Positions 62,886-64,000 of a DNA stretch of 64,000 bases are shown here, in pieces (position 1 is the stretch's first letter; each line of letters begins with the position of its first letter). The notes below the pieces were generated by a model, which had not been told where the DNA came from, did not search any database, and was given only the letters and a program-made list of their open reading frames with translations. Source of the DNA: Candidatus Methylomirabilia bacterium (GTDB lineage: Bacteria > Methylomirabilota > Methylomirabilia > Rokubacteriales > CSP1-6); the NCBI GenBank assembly GCA_041496385.1, contig JBGQEL010000009.1, forward strand, positions 19,265-83,264, in the 5' to 3' direction. Both the position numbers and the translations under genes were made by a program.

Positions 62886-64000
62886 TTAGTCGAAGCCCAC
62901 AATCTCGACCCAGTTCGAGCCCTTGCCGGTCGGGTACTTCTGTAGCAGCTTCAGGGCGCCGCTCGACGAATCGATCTCGTAGATCGAGATCGTCTCTGAT
63001 TTCTCGCCGCTGACCACCATATACCTCCCCCGGGGGTCGATCGCGAAGCCTCTCGGCTGCTTCTCGGTCGGGGTGCTAACGAGATAGGTCAGCTTACCAG
63101 TGGCCGAATCGACGCTGAGCGCGCCGATCGAGCCGCTGGTGCGCTCCGCAGCGTACAGGAGCTTGCCGTCAGGCGTGAGGTGGAGGTCGGAGGCCCAGAT
63201 GTCATTGTCGGTATTGCGCACCGGAGCTCCCGGGGCGCCCACGGCGCCGCGCGGCGCGCCGGGCACGAGTTTGCTGTCAGGCGGCAGCGCAGACACCGAG
63301 CTCACCTCGGTCAGCAGCCCGGTCTTGGCGTCGAGCGACAGCGTTGTCACGGTCGCGACCAGCTCGTTGAGGAGGTAGACGAACTTGTTGTCAGCGGAGG
63401 CGATGATGTGGCGCGGGCCGGTCATCGCCTTCATTTGCACGATCGCGGGCGTGTTCGAGGTCAGCTGGCCGGTCCTGGCGTCGAAACGGAACTGGAAAAT
63501 CTGGTCGGTGCCCAGGTGCGGGACGAAGACAAAACGGTTGGTCCGGTCGGTGATGATCGAGTGGGCATTGCGGCCCGTTGGGATCACCTGCCTGGGATCG
63601 GACACCTTCCCGTCCTTGCCGATCTCGTTGACGCTGACCAGGTGGCCGCCGTAGGACGCGCCGAACAGAAAGCGCCCGGTCTTGTCCACCGAGATGTAGG
63701 GGAAACTCTCCGCCAGGAGCGCGGTCGAAAGCTGCTTCAGCGCGCCAGTGTTCCGGTCGATCGCGTAAGTGACCACGGTGAAGGGCTTCGAGCGCACCGC
63801 CGCGTACAGGAAACGCTTGTCGGGGCTCACGGTCAGCGGCATCACGATCTTGCCTGCGTCGGTGCGGGCGCCGGGCTGCAGTGCGCCGTCGGGCTGCAGG
63901 GCGTACATGCCGATGTTCCCGTCCTCGGCGTTCGACACGTAGACGAACGTTCCCGCGAGTGCGGGCGCGCCGAACGCGAGCGGAGCGGTCAGAACCGCCA
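62886..64000 (-). CDS. 6-phosphogluconolactonase-family beta-propeller (5' end off the window, signal peptide)
   Basis: NAH, LGTD, GPRH, ASDLH, QPRGF; frame open to the window edge (AVLTAPLAFGAPALA). Confidence 0.9.
   Translation of the reverse strand, partial: AVLTAPLAFGAPALAGTFVYVSNAEDGNIGMYALQPDGALQPGARTDAGKIVMPLTVSPDKRFLYAAVRSKPFTVVTYAIDRNTGALKQLSTALLAESFPYISVDKTGRFLFGASYGGHLVSVNEIGKDGKVSDPRQVIPTGRNAHSIITDRTNRFVFVPHLGTDQIFQFRFDARTGQLTSNTPAIVQMKAMTGPRHIIASADNKFVYLLNELVATVTTLSLDAKTGLLTEVSSVSALPPDSKLVPGAPRGAVGAPGAPVRNTDNDIWASDLHLTPDGKLLYAAERTSGSIGALSVDSATGKLTYLVSTPTEKQPRGFAIDPRGRYMVVSGEKSETISIYEIDSSSGALKLLQKYPTGKGSNWVEIVGFD

Overview
High-GC bacterial chromosome segment spanning the replication origin. 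The taxon is probably Candidatus Rokubacteria/Methylomirabilota, inferred from GC content and paralogue families only. 1-12.6 kb (minus strand): atpFHAGDC, mnmA, parB, parA, rsmG, mnmE, yidC, yidD, rnpA, rpmH. 12.6-23.6 kb: bipartite oriC with DnaA boxes and DnaA-trios, then dnaA-dnaN-recF-gyrB-gyrA-serS and tRNA-Ser. 24-41 kb: a surface protein, a TauD dioxygenase, two peptide ABC importer modules, tRNAs, and a LigB/LigA-heme-oxygenase-like-cupin-molybdoenzyme cluster. 41-45 kb: tadA, two tRNA-Ser, a large Alu-domain SRP RNA abutting dnaX, ybaB, recR and tRNA-Asn. 45-63 kb: two tandem integrative islands at tRNA-Asn. Island 1 (~10.9 kb, 47-bp att repeat) is satellite-like, with integrase, Xre, Xis and a DUF3987-like gene. 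It carries a chain of cargo ORFs joined by NTGA start/stop overlaps, with a visible recombination scar. Island 2 is degraded: integrase truncated by IS3, a VIT1 fusion, an IS30 relic, and a flippase plus methyltransferase. The most notable signals are the translationally coupled cassette-like array, non-canonical parS-like sites, several likely non-canonical start codons (ATC, ACG, CTG, ATT), and the dnaX ribosome-binding site embedded in the SRP RNA. All family calls are by-eye motif recognition; no database searches were run.
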